A stretch of DNA of 64,000 bases from positions 1-64,000 of the IMG/VR virus record IMGVR_UViG_3300030060_003910. One strand, written 5' to 3'. Position 1 is the stretch's first letter. Each line of letters starts with the position of its first letter. Of this stretch, positions 49,126-60,500 are shown one piece after another. Below the pieces are notes generated by a model, which saw nothing but the letters and a program-made list of their open reading frames with translations, made no database searches and was not told the DNA's origin. This DNA is from a virus. Both the position numbers and the translations under genes were made by a program.

Positions 49126-49801
49126 TTCAAGAGAGAAGTCCAAATTAGCCAAACTGGTTATGCAAAAAGCAAAGGGCTTAAATATACAATACGAACAGCG
49201 TTGGATTGAGATAGGCGACTACATCTACGATGATGTTTGTTTTGAAGCAAAATCAACAACGGACTTTTTGGGTTCAGTAATGACAAAAAGATTATGGACG
49301 CAAATTGACAATATGGATAGACACTATAAAACAAATGTAGTGATTATTCATGGTAGTCTTGATGAAGCCATTATGAATGTAATTGAGAACTCTGGAAGCA
49401 ATATGCCAATTGGAACAAGAAGTATAATGCTTAACAATAAATTTCTTGGTGCAATTGGTAGACTTATTCTTGATACAGATGTAAAACCAGTATGGGTTGA
49501 AACAGAAGAAGAAGCGGCTTTGATTATTACAGCAGTATGTAAAATGAAACCAATGACAAGAGATGTAATTGCGCCGCAAGTATTCAAGAGATTAACTACT
49601 GATGATTTGCGACTAGATTTGCTATCCAGCATTAAAGGCGTATCAATTAAGAAAGCAAAAGAATTAATAAAACAATTTGGTTCCATTATGGAAATAGGTG
49701 AGTGTTCAGAATATGAATTACAAGCCATTGAAGGAATCGGAGAAACCTTAGCCAAAAGAATACTCTCCACATTAAACTCGGAAGAGAAGGTGAAAATATG
49801 A
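49112..49801 (+). CDS. XPF/ERCC4 structure-specific nuclease with HhH domain
   Basis: IDSRE, GDY, FEAKSTTDF, IKGVS and IEGIG HhH pair; GTG start after GGAGG. Confidence 0.85.
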   Translation: MLVIDSREKSKLAKLVMQKAKGLNIQYEQRWIEIGDYIYDDVCFEAKSTTDFLGSVMTKRLWTQIDNMDRHYKTNVVIIHGSLDEAIMNVIENSGSNMPIGTRSIMLNNKFLGAIGRLILDTDVKPVWVETEEEAALIITAVCKMKPMTRDVIAPQVFKRLTTDDLRLDLLSSIKGVSIKKAKELIKQFGSIMEIGECSEYELQAIEGIGETLAKRILSTLNSEEKVKI

Positions 49802-51261
49802 ATGAAGAATATAATGAAGAAGAATATATGGAAGCATTTGAAACAAACGCAGGTGTTTTTAGCGAAGCCTTGCCCAAAGTCGTTAGAGACTTTCAATCAT
49901 CAGCAGTTGAGGTATCACACTACAATGATATTCCTGCTGGTATTAGTTTCTTTAACATTCTTGGTCAAGTGGTAAAAGATTTTATTACAATTCCTAACGG
50001 AAGAAACCATGAAGATACGCGAATCCATTTCTGTTGGGTTCAAACAAGTGGAACTGGTAAATCTACTATGTGGAACTTTGTTGGGCCAGTTGCGGAAAAA
50101 ACATTTGGTATGATTAATTCTGCAAACAATCACCCTCCGTTTGTTCGTAATAACTTACCAATGAATCGTATTTTCAATACATTCGGTGTAACTGATTATA
50201 CAGATTCAGTTCTTATTGGTGGTTATGATAAAGAAGTGGACGATGATGGAGAAATTGAATATCAAAGAAGGCCAGGAGTTTTAGAAGGAAATGGTCTTGC
50301 TCATTGGGATGAGTTTGAATATTCAGGTATCTTCAAACAAAGCCAGCACAAAGAAAACTCTATCGTTTATCTCAATACTTTGATGAACTCCTTAGCAGGT
50401 GAGTCTTGGATTATTTCTAAGGCTTTGACTTCTTTTGGTGGCATGATTATGGAATGTTTCTGTGAGCGTTCTGTTTTGGCTATGACTTATCCACCTAATA
50501 ATCTAAACGATGTTATGGCTGAGAAGGGCGTTCTTCAAAGAATGCTTTTGTATGTTTGGGAAGTGCCTGAGTTTATTCAACACAAGATGCGTCTTGAACA
50601 AATTGACAAAGCAGGAACGGTTGAAGAAGTTAATCAACCTATTGATAAATACGCAAATGCTTTGTATAAGATTTATGAATTAACTCGCGAAAGGTTCAAT
50701 CAAGTGGGAGGCGACCCACTTAAAACCATGAAATATACTCAAGACTTTAATCAAGTTCTAAGACTTGAATATGAAAGTATGCGTATGTATCTTCAAAACA
50801 CCCGGCCCGATGTTGCTAAAATTGCGGGTAATTTTACCACCCGTTTGATGAAGATTCTGTATAAAATGTCTGTTCTTTGTAGTGTTGCATCTGCGCCTTC
50901 AATTAAAGATAAAGACCAACAATTCGTAGTTACTGGGCATAATGTCCGTCAAGCGGCAACAATCGTCCGACAATGTTATATGACATTGGTTGATTGGCTA
51001 GAGCGAAGCCTACGGGCGAAGCGCAAGAGCATAGCCGAGAACTCGCTTGAGTCGGTGTTTATGGACATTTATAACAAAATGAAGAAAGACGATGATGGTT
51101 TCGTCAATAAGACTACTCTCTTAACGGAAGTCCGAACAAAGGCTAAAAAATCAAGAGCGCAAGTGTATAGGCACTTTGATGTTATTAGACATAAGTTTGA
51201 AGAACAAAAAGGGCCAAGCAATAGGACTTACATTAAGTTGATAAGGAGTGATGAAGAATGA
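49798..51261 (+). CDS. Divergent MCM-like replicative helicase
   Basis: SGTGKS, RPGVL...LAHWDEF, arginine-finger LQR, FTTRL sensor, C-terminal wHTH. Confidence 0.65.
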   Translation: MNEEYNEEEYMEAFETNAGVFSEALPKVVRDFQSSAVEVSHYNDIPAGISFFNILGQVVKDFITIPNGRNHEDTRIHFCWVQTSGTGKSTMWNFVGPVAEKTFGMINSANNHPPFVRNNLPMNRIFNTFGVTDYTDSVLIGGYDKEVDDDGEIEYQRRPGVLEGNGLAHWDEFEYSGIFKQSQHKENSIVYLNTLMNSLAGESWIISKALTSFGGMIMECFCERSVLAMTYPPNNLNDVMAEKGVLQRMLLYVWEVPEFIQHKMRLEQIDKAGTVEEVNQPIDKYANALYKIYELTRERFNQVGGDPLKTMKYTQDFNQVLRLEYESMRMYLQNTRPDVAKIAGNFTTRLMKILYKMSVLCSVASAPSIKDKDQQFVVTGHNVRQAATIVRQCYMTLVDWLERSLRAKRKSIAENSLESVFMDIYNKMKKDDDGFVNKTTLLTEVRTKAKKSRAQVYRHFDVIRHKFEEQKGPSNRTYIKLIRSDEE

Positions 51262-51485
51262 AGTGGGAAAACACATACCTAGTGTTTCAAGTTGAAAAAG
51301 GGCCAAAAGTGATTATTGATACTCTAAACACTTACGGCGATGATGGATGGGAATGTTGTTCGCAATTAATTGTTGCGAATAAGCAAATCGTCTGCTTTTT
51401 AAAGCGACGAACTGACATTGACGAGGAACCAAAGGTGAACAAGGAAGAAGAAAAGATTAGCAAACTTTGGTCTAACGGTGAATGA
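51258..51485 (+). CDS. Small DUF4177-like protein
   Basis: KWE...LNTYGDDGWE...FLKR. Confidence 0.55.
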   Translation: MKWENTYLVFQVEKGPKVIIDTLNTYGDDGWECCSQLIVANKQIVCFLKRRTDIDEEPKVNKEEEKISKLWSNGE

Positions 51486-52080
51486 TATGTCTGTATTGGC
51501 TATTGATTTAGAAACCAAAAATATGTCCTATGACATTGGTGGTTTTGGTAATACCCATATGTTTCAGGTTTCAACCGTAGCAACATGGGATGGAAACAAC
51601 GGAACTGTTTATGTTGATGAACCTGTTGAATCTTTTGCTAAATCAGGCCACACCATTAAGCCTTTGTCCGAACTTAAATATGATTTAGATAATCATTTTC
51701 AAAAGGGAGGATTATTGTTGGGACACAACATTAAGGCTTTTGATTTGCCTGTTCTTAGAGATGCGATGGATATTTATTGCATTAATAAGTATATTAAAGA
51801 AGAACAATTTATTGATACTTCAAGAATCCTGCTGAAAGAACATGGTGAGAGATTTCAACTAAAAAATCTTGTTAAATGCACCATGAATGATGCAAAATTA
51901 ATGGAAAGTGCTGATGCACCTAAATTATGGAAGATGGGTCAATTTGATGATGTGGTTGAGTATTGTATGAAAGATACCCAATTAGTCTATGACCTTTGGA
52001 AGTATGGGCAAAATAATGGTATTGTTAAGGCTTTTTCCTTAGAAAAAGGAGAACATAAAGAATTAGAGGTGATGTGGTAA
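51478..52080 (+). CDS. DEDDy 3'-5' exonuclease (RNase H-like fold)
   Basis: IDLET, GHNIKAFD, YCMKD. Confidence 0.8.
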   Translation: MNDMSVLAIDLETKNMSYDIGGFGNTHMFQVSTVATWDGNNGTVYVDEPVESFAKSGHTIKPLSELKYDLDNHFQKGGLLLGHNIKAFDLPVLRDAMDIYCINKYIKEEQFIDTSRILLKEHGERFQLKNLVKCTMNDAKLMESADAPKLWKMGQFDDVVEYCMKDTQLVYDLWKYGQNNGIVKAFSLEKGEHKELEVMW

Positions 52081-52226
52081 TGACGACATGGGAATGGATT
52101 GGTTTATTCTTTTTCATCAGTATTCTAATGCTTCTATTCTTTGCCGCTTTCGGTGGAACTAATATCACCGATGAAAGCGTTGAAGAATACATGAAGCGGC
52201 TGATGGGCGAAGATAGCCAAAAGTGA
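52080..52226 (+). CDS. Small membrane protein (48 aa)
   Basis: MTTWEWIGLFFFISILMLLFFAAF...; read directly from the sequence. Confidence 0.5.
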   Translation: MTTWEWIGLFFFISILMLLFFAAFGGTNITDESVEEYMKRLMGEDSQK

Positions 52227-52230
52227 TGAT

Positions 52231-52374
52231 ATGGGATTAAAGCAAGAGTGTTTTTACTGTAAAGAAAAGACAGTAGCAAGACGATTACTTGGCTTTTATG
52301 TCGGTTCTACTGAACAGACAAAATTATGGGAATGCCGAGCCTGTAATGCCATTTGGTCGGAAAAAACAAATTGA
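52231..52374 (+). CDS. Small Zn-ribbon protein (47 aa)
   Basis: CFYC...WECRAC; read directly from the sequence. Confidence 0.5.
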   Translation: MGLKQECFYCKEKTVARRLLGFYVGSTEQTKLWECRACNAIWSEKTN

Positions 52375-52405
52375 GGGGGAGCGTATGCTCCCTCTCTTTT
52401 TTTTT
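52373..52405 (+). terminator. Terminator at the end of the + strand block
   Basis: GAGGGGGAGC/GCTCCCTCTC hairpin followed by T9. Confidence 0.75.
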
Positions 52406-52501
52406 GGTTTTTCAACTTTTGTGAATTTTTTAAAAATTCATTAGGCCGTAATTTTTGTTTGGCTAAATGAGAGCATTTATGCTTTTTAAAAAGACGACCC
52501 C

Positions 52502-52537
52502 TGCATTCAATTCCTCCTGCGGCACGAATTGAATGCA
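52502..52537. terminator. 12-bp hairpin in the convergent intergenic region
   Basis: TGCATTCAATTC/GAATTGAATGCA just downstream of the - strand tail genes. Confidence 0.45.
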
Positions 52538-52571
52538 ACGCAAAAGTTGGTGTCTTTGGGCCAAAGCCTCA

Positions 52572-54248
52572 TCAATTGAGTTGCATAAGCATCCACATAT
52601 CAGCATCAACACAGGTAATATCATAAATTTTTCCAGCCGCCAAAGAATAAGGAAGGCTTAATACCGCACCCGTGGTATCTGTTATGGAATCGTCGCTTCC
52701 TGTTCTATTTATCTGTAAAGTATCACCAACAACCTTTGCTACAATTCTATATGTTCTTCCTATATCTACTGATTCTGCGTCAGGTAAATTAAGCATTAAA
52801 TCTTGTGGTGGCTGTCCACCACCAGCCGCAGGTGCAGAAGCAATAATCAAATCATCTGTTTTTAAAATATCATAAGCAGAAAGTGGTGGCCCCCCGCTTA
52901 AACCGTTATCACCGGCTTTGTGAACAACATTTTGTATTCTTCCTTTTGTATTTATTGCTCCGCTTAGTGATAGAACTCCATCCCCTACTGTGCTTGTTCC
53001 TATTCCTACTTTATCTTGTCCAGCATCAGCAAAAATTAAATTTGCATTTGTATCGCCCTCTACTCTAAAATTTATATCTGCTCCGGCATCATTGAAAACT
53101 GTCTCATCGCTATCCAATTCAATTCTTGAAGTGATAGCGCCATTTTTCAAAGTTCTAAAGGTTATTCTTCCGTCTTCGCTTCCATCAGTAGGGTCTACGA
53201 TTTCTGCAAAAATGTCCACATAATCTGCTGTGCTTCCTGCTGAATCTTTTCCTCTAAATCTTAAATGGGCTAAATCATCACCTGCGGCTGGACTTGCTGA
53301 ATTACGATAATAAACAACATCGGGAGAAGCAGAACCGCCATCTTCTGCAACCTCAATTAAAAAGTCAATATCAGAAGAACTTGTTCCTTTAACATGTAAA
53401 ATACCAGTTGGGTTGCCTGTCCCTATCCCTACTTTCCCATCGGTTGTTATTCTTAATCTTTCTACTGCCGAACCAGTTTTGAAAACCATAGGTTCTGAAC
53501 TAGAATATGCTTGTATTTCTGCTAAACCGCTTGTTGGCGAATTTGCATATCCTAGGGAAATTTTATTCGCTTGAATGTCTTCTGTGACTAGTAAAGAACC
53601 TTCAATCTTTACTTCTGTATTTGGAAATGATGGGTCATTGTCGCCATACAGAACCAACCTATCTACAACGCTAGAACCGTCTTTTACCTTAAAAATAATA
53701 TCTTTGTCTGTTTCTAAAGACTCAAATTCAACATCTCCGGCGTTGCTTTTTATTGTAGCACTTTCAGTATATCCTGAATCATCTCTACCGATGCTCAAAC
53801 TGTTTTCAGTTTTATTAACAGTAAGATACTGAATACCTACATTTGCAGTTCCGTTATGAGTAATAACTGCAATAATAGTATCTCCTGCCGTATATTGGGC
53901 AACCTTATCAGCCGCAGTAGGGTTTCTTATGGTTAAAACTGGAGAAGAAGCACTACTAGCAATTAATAAATGATAACCATTTGTATATGTTGAACTCAAT
54001 GTTAAATTAGCAACTGCCGAAACCGCCACTCTTTTACCATCACGGAAAATAACTCCTGCGCCAACATCAATTTGTGTTGCGCTGTCAATAGTAATGTCAA
54101 AACCACTAATTGCATAGTTTTGACCTAAACCATCTGAAAGGGCTTTAATAATCCCGGTATGAGGAAAATCTACACCATCTTCAATTTGATTAGGCGTTCC
54201 AGTTGTGCTTTGTCCATAAAAGTTCGGATTACTTACCATATTACTCAA
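52572..54248 (-). CDS. Tail fibre / receptor-binding protein
   Basis: 558 aa, repeated ERLRITTDGKVGIGT / DKVGIGT fibre motifs. Confidence 0.7.
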   Translation of the reverse strand: MSNMVSNPNFYGQSTTGTPNQIEDGVDFPHTGIIKALSDGLGQNYAISGFDITIDSATQIDVGAGVIFRDGKRVAVSAVANLTLSSTYTNGYHLLIASSASSPVLTIRNPTAADKVAQYTAGDTIIAVITHNGTANVGIQYLTVNKTENSLSIGRDDSGYTESATIKSNAGDVEFESLETDKDIIFKVKDGSSVVDRLVLYGDNDPSFPNTEVKIEGSLLVTEDIQANKISLGYANSPTSGLAEIQAYSSSEPMVFKTGSAVERLRITTDGKVGIGTGNPTGILHVKGTSSSDIDFLIEVAEDGGSASPDVVYYRNSASPAAGDDLAHLRFRGKDSAGSTADYVDIFAEIVDPTDGSEDGRITFRTLKNGAITSRIELDSDETVFNDAGADINFRVEGDTNANLIFADAGQDKVGIGTSTVGDGVLSLSGAINTKGRIQNVVHKAGDNGLSGGPPLSAYDILKTDDLIIASAPAAGGGQPPQDLMLNLPDAESVDIGRTYRIVAKVVGDTLQINRTGSDDSITDTTGAVLSLPYSLAAGKIYDITCVDADMWMLMQLN

Positions 54249-54579
54249 CCTCCAACAAAATAAACAGTTCTAGTGTTTCTGTTGTGGAAAATGGGCCAAC
54301 TCCTTCAAAATTGGTTCTATATACTAAATCGCTCCCGTTAAATAAACCTACTTCACGAATAACTTGGCCTTGAATAGCACTACCCGCTACTGATACTTTT
54401 ACCTCAATAACATTTAATGTAGAATTTGTAATTGTTAATGTTGTAGAAGCAGATAATGGAACATCTAAATCGGTAGCAGTTGGGCTAGTAGAGTTTCCAC
54501 CAAGACCAATTTTTGCAGTATCAAACAGATTATCTTTGATATGGGTAGCAATCAATGTTTTTAATTCATCTGTAATCAT
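54241..54579 (-). CDS. Small tail or baseplate protein
   Basis: IGLG...IREVGLF tail-collar-like pattern. Confidence 0.55.
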   Translation of the reverse strand: MITDELKTLIATHIKDNLFDTAKIGLGGNSTSPTATDLDVPLSASTTLTITNSTLNVIEVKVSVAGSAIQGQVIREVGLFNGSDLVYRTNFEGVGPFSTTETLELFILLEVE

Positions 54580-57500
54580 GCTAAATCTTCCTCCACTAAA
54601 TCAGTAATCGTGATTGCTCCACCTGTAAATCCTAAAGCAGTAGTAAATCCTAACGCTGTTCCAAAGCCGAGAGTCCGACCTGCGCCTCCCGCACTTCTCT
54701 TCCGAACCAACAATTTAAGTTCTTTGGTGTTCAAGGTGTTTAAGAAATTGTAAGAAATCTCATTTGATTGTAAATTAGCACTTCTTAACGCTGCTTTTGT
54801 TTCTTTGCTTGAAATCAACAGTTCCGAGAAAACATCAGAAAGGTCTTTACTGTATCGGCCAAGTTGTAATTTAATAAAACCAGTAAGTTGGTGTTCCATT
54901 TCTAATACGATAAACTCATTCATCTCAATATTCTCTCTCGGAATAAATACATTTACAATATCGCCAACTCGTAATTGATTTATTCCTTTATTTTGCATAG
55001 TGAAAGATAATTTTTGATTAAGACGAGAATGAATCAGCAAAAGTTTAGTAGCCCTCTTATCTACTTCTTCTTGAGTTAATAGAGTATTATCTACCACTTC
55101 TAATGTCTTCCGCCCTCTTTTTTGTATTGAGCGCAAGTCTTTACGAATTGCTTTATGTGCATTTCCATATACATTGATTTCGTTAAAGAAATCAAAGAGA
55201 GTTGAAACTTTATCAAATTCAGAAATTAAAAATTCTCCGCTATCATCAATGGTAATATTCGTTTTTAAAGAATTTTCACTTTCAGGAAAAATCTTGAACA
55301 CATTGTTTTCTTCAACAAGTTTCATTCCCTTTCTATCAAGAATATATTGTATTGCAGAATACAAATCTAATCCTTGATAATTAGGTGCTAAATACATAGG
55401 AGCATTAGTTGATGTTGTTTCAAATTCAATTCCTTCTTGTTCAAGTAATTCATTGATTAGGTCTTCACCTTCAAGACCAACGCTAACAGTAGAACCAATA
55501 CAGGCTCTCGTTGGGTCAATTTTTAATTCTTCATTTGATGAAACAGTAAAGGTTTCGGAAACTGAAACAATTCCTTGTCTATTCAATTGCTTACCAAGAT
55601 TAATAGAATCATATTTTAAGTTGGCTTTAGCCGTAAAAGTTACTTTTTCAGAATTGATTCCATCACTAAAATTCATAGAGTATTCACCGTCAGGAAGATT
55701 ACTTTCAAAGAAGTTAGAAGTAGAATGCAAAACCAAATTAGCGTCTGTGGATTGTTTGTCAGTATCAACCATAACAAACATGGATAGAACACCCTCATCT
55801 GAAAACTCATTATTGGTTCCTAAAACCTTCCCTTCTTTGTAAAAATAGCCATCTTTTATTTCTTCATATACTTCATTTTTATTAGATTTTTTAGTATAGG
55901 TTGAAGAAAGAATATTGAATTTTATTTCTTCTGGCATAAAATCATAGAGGCAAGTTTCATTTGGTTGTAAAATTCTATATGCTGTTTCATCAACCAAAGC
56001 GGCATCGCAAATTAAATGATGTTCTTCACTATCACTATTTGAAACTTCGTGTGAAATAACATAGATTAAAGTGTTTGAACTTGTATGTTGCGGTATCGCA
56101 CCTTCCATACCTGCTCTTTTTTCTTTTCCTCCTTTTGTAAAAGCCGTTCCTTCCGCATTGACTCCATCTTCGGGAACCAAATAGCAACCAGTTAAATCCA
56201 TAAATTTTAAAAAGGTATTGTAAAAAGTTGTTTGGCTATCATCAGGTCTTGTGGTTTTAATAACATTTTTCTTTAATGTTCCTGCTGAAGTTAAAATATC
56301 GGAAACAGAAAAATTACTCATATCATCGCCGTCGCCATCTACTGAATCGGCATCAATCCAAAGCCTAGGCTTAAAACACATAAATGCTCCATCTGCTTCA
56401 TATGGTCTTGAACCTCCATAAGAAGCACTTGAATCGGAAACATTATCAAATCCTTTAAAATGATATAAAGAACCAATAACAGCATGATTATCGCTACCTA
56501 CCACTACCTTTCTATTACCCATAAGAACCTGAGTTGTTGAGCCTTCTTCTGCTTTGTATTTTCCTCCATCTTCAATAGAAAATCTATCTAACACTACACC
56601 TATCAAAGAATTGTGCGCTCTCGCCGGAATAAAATTACCAGCAGAATGCTGTGTCATTTGTTGAATTACTGCAAAATTACCAACATCTCTATCGGCTGTG
56701 CCTAAATTGGTATCAAATGCAAGTGGCCCAATAATTTCTGACAGCCTATCTCCTGTTCCAAAACTTTCAAAACTTAATGCTCCGCTATTGGCAGTATGGG
56801 CATCATCTCCTGAATCATCACCATAATTGCTTCCATTAGGAATAATACAGCACTTTAGAGGATGAACATCATTATTATCTAATCTAGCAAAACTATCTTT
56901 TTTATTTCTGCCTTTCATAGTGATGGTATCAAAACTTATTTTAAAGCACCCATTAGTGGTTGTATCTGCACTTCCATCATTTGTTAAAAACCCGTCGCTA
57001 ACTAAGTCGTAAGTATTTCCGCTAACTGGCGTTCCGCTTGATATTGTTCCGATAGTTCTTCCCTTACTATCAAATAAGAAATCATTTGTTGATAAACTAA
57101 CACTTCCAGTAAATGTTATTTTATCACCTGTAATGTTGTCTATTGTTCCAACTAGTGTCTTTTCTCCATTTTTAACAGAAAGACCATAAGAATTGTCTCG
57201 GTATTTTATGATTGGTTTTTCTGGATTAATGGGATTAAAGAAAAAATCAACACAAACTTCTGTTAATCTCATAATTCCAAATCTATTTAGTTGAGAAATA
57301 TCTTCCGAACTAGAAAAAGAGACGGTTTGATGATTAATGTCCTTTAATTGTATTCTGTTTCCTCCGTTTGTTGCGGAGTCTTTTTGATTTTTATTTTCCA
57401 ATAAAAATAAATTATAGTTATTTATCTCTTTTGCGATACTACCAGAAGATTCACTTAATAGGCTATCTTGTCTTAAACTAGTGTATGGTAAAATATCGCT

Positions 57501-60500
57501 ATTAATATAGATAAATAATCTAGCGGCAGATTCGTCTGGATAAACAAAAGAAGCCTTTGTTCTCTGTTCTAATTCAGTCAATTGTGGAAAGGCACGATTA
57601 GATGTTTTATGAATGCGAATATCTGAAAAATTAGAGCCGAAGGGACTAGTTAATCCCCTTTCTTCTGGCGGTAAGACTCTATAAGAAGAAGAGGTTGTGT
57701 GTGCATTTGTTAGATTAGTAGTAGAAATGTTAGGTTTAAAATTATAGGAATTTGCTAAATAGTTATATTTTCCTTTATTTGGGTAGGCAGGTCTAATGGC
57801 TTTTTCTGCTCCAGTAGAACCAGTATGAACTAAAGGAAGATTTAGTGAAAAGTTTCCAATAGATAGACCTGTAATTTTGTAATATGGTTGTCCGAACCGT
57901 GAAGAATAATCACCAGCAATTGTTGTGCTATCTACATTAAGTGGAACTAATCTTACATTTGGCCCTAGTGTTGCGTATTGAAGATGAGGGCGAGTTAAAA
58001 TTTTTCCTCCCCAAAGGTGCGCTCCATTAATCAAAAGTAATTCGTTTGTAGGTTTAGCGACAGTAAAGATAATATCATTCGTATCTAAATCAACAGGAAA
58101 TCTGTCCAGCATAACTAATGTGTGATTAGCATTTGAGGTGGTTGCGGTGTGTAAAACATCAAATACTAAACCAATAAAAACTTTGTCAGCAGAAGTATCT
58201 TCGTTAGGAACAAAAAATAACGGGTCGCCAATATTTAAAGAATGAGCGTTTGCTGTTGTCATTTGAAAATGCAAATTTGTAATATTTCCAAAAGCAGTAA
58301 TCGTTCCAACTTCAGTAAAAGTAAATTCACTTACATCATCATAAAAATGAACTTTTCTACCTAAAGTGATAGGAATATATGGAGCCAATTCAATTTCTGT
58401 AATGTTGTCTTTCTTTGAAGTAGAAACCACTTCAAAGTCAATTAAAGTATTTACAGTATCAAAGGTTGATTCTCCTGCGCTCCCGTGTTCGTCTTTTAAT
58501 TTTGATTGAAAAGCAAAGTCATTTGAAATAGATGATGGCTTATGAATTGCATAACCAATTGCACCAGCACTTGCATTTGCGCTTGTTGAGACTAATGAAG
58601 TATCTTCAAGACCGCTTGACATCGTAATTTTATTTCCTGCTGTAAAAATTAATCCTTTATTAGCGGCTCCTGTAAGAGAAGAGGGTTTATTTGTAGCAAG
58701 ATGGGATGAACTAAGTGCTTTTGAGAGAACATAATTTTTCTCTGTGTCAATGTAAATTTTTTCTGAATTTGCTTCTGTTAATGCTGCAGTAAAGGTAAGA
58801 ACTACATTAGAAGTTCCAGAAACCCCAAGAATTTCTCCTATATATCCATTAACTGTAAAAATCTTATCTCCTTCTGTTGGAAGAATATCAAAGTCAGAGT
58901 CTGCAACTCCTGTTGTTAATGAACCAGCATTCAAAGGAACAGTAAAATTAGTAGAATCAATCTGCGATAATTTATTATATGGACTATTGCTAGAATAAAT
59001 AATGTCTTCACTAAACAAAGTATTTAGATTCACAATTGGAGAAAGTAATTTACTAAACTTATCTCTTCCTTGAATTTCCATAATGGTTTGTCCATTCTCC
59101 TTTTTGTTTTCAATATTTTCAACTTCACCATTGAACCTTTCAATAAAGATTTGATATTGTCCTTTAGCAAAACTCAACGGGTTAGTATGATATGAATCGG
59201 TATCAAATGATAAAGTAATCATTTCTTTTGTTGCATCACAGGCAGTAATGGTCGCAAATCTTTCATTATGGTTTAATGATGTAAAAGAGACATACATCTT
59301 GCTAAACCTGCCGTTTAGTAGTGAAATATCAAGCATAAGTGTCCCGTCAGTTGCGTTATATGCTCGCCTGTGAAGCACATCGCCGCTTGTCGGGGTCGTG
59401 GACTGTGCGGTAAAAGAAGCGTCGTTCTCCGTTCTCGCATAGGGGTGTGTGGACGATTGGAAGGTTATCTCTTGGGTTGTTCCAGACAGGCTTCCAAAAG
59501 ATTGAACAATTAAAATGTTATCTCCTAACTTGACCTCATCTCCTGCATTTAGAACAGTATTTAAATTATACTCAGTATTGAAAGAAAATACTGCATTAGA
59601 AGTCTTTGAACTATATGTTGCGGCTAAAGCAAAAAATTCGTTCATATCACCACGATGAATATTATGACGCACACGATATGCGTCAAACTCTTTCACCTTT
59701 CTGGGCATAATTCTGCCGTTATCAATAATAGATGTTTCTGCAAACCCGCCCTTTCCATCAATTGATTCAGTATTTGTGTGGTCATATACATTGTAAAGTA
59801 GATTAGATTTTGTTGGTGAAAAATCATAATGCAAATATCTTTTTGGGCCAGTATATGCAGGAGAGTTCTTCTCATCATCATCCATTCTTTTAGCATTCGG
59901 AAACATTTCATTATAATCACTATTATCAGCAGTAAGAGTTCCGCCTTCATTAATAGTAATTGAATCACCCTCAGTAATAGTATTATCTAAATCTCTTAAT
60001 TTATCTGTTAATGTGACTCTATGAGTAAATCTACTATAATCAATAACTACCTTGCCAAAGTCTTGAACAGTTCTAAATGTAATAGCATTTGTTGTATCAA
60101 AGGTATGAGAAGTGGTTGATATGCTGGCGTGTTTTTGCATAGCATAATATTTGGTATCGTGGTCTAATTCATTGTTTTTATCAAGCAATTCATTAAAGAA
60201 ATAAAATAAAGGTCTAGCACAGGAAAGTTTATCTTCTAATGTAAGGCTTGAAGTGTTGTTTAAAATACCAGCAGAGAAAGCAAGAATGTTATTATTTGTT
60301 TTTACATGGCCCTTAAAAATCATAAACTTCGTATCTTTAGGAATCTCATTTCCTAATTTTGGTTCAAACTCAAAAGCATCTCCCGCCGAATCTTCTGTTA
60401 AAATTTCTGTAATTCTAGCAAAATGATGACGAGTATCTGTGTCTGAATATACTAAAACAAAGTAATAGTGAGTAGCAAAGGCGGCGGGATTAAATTGTAT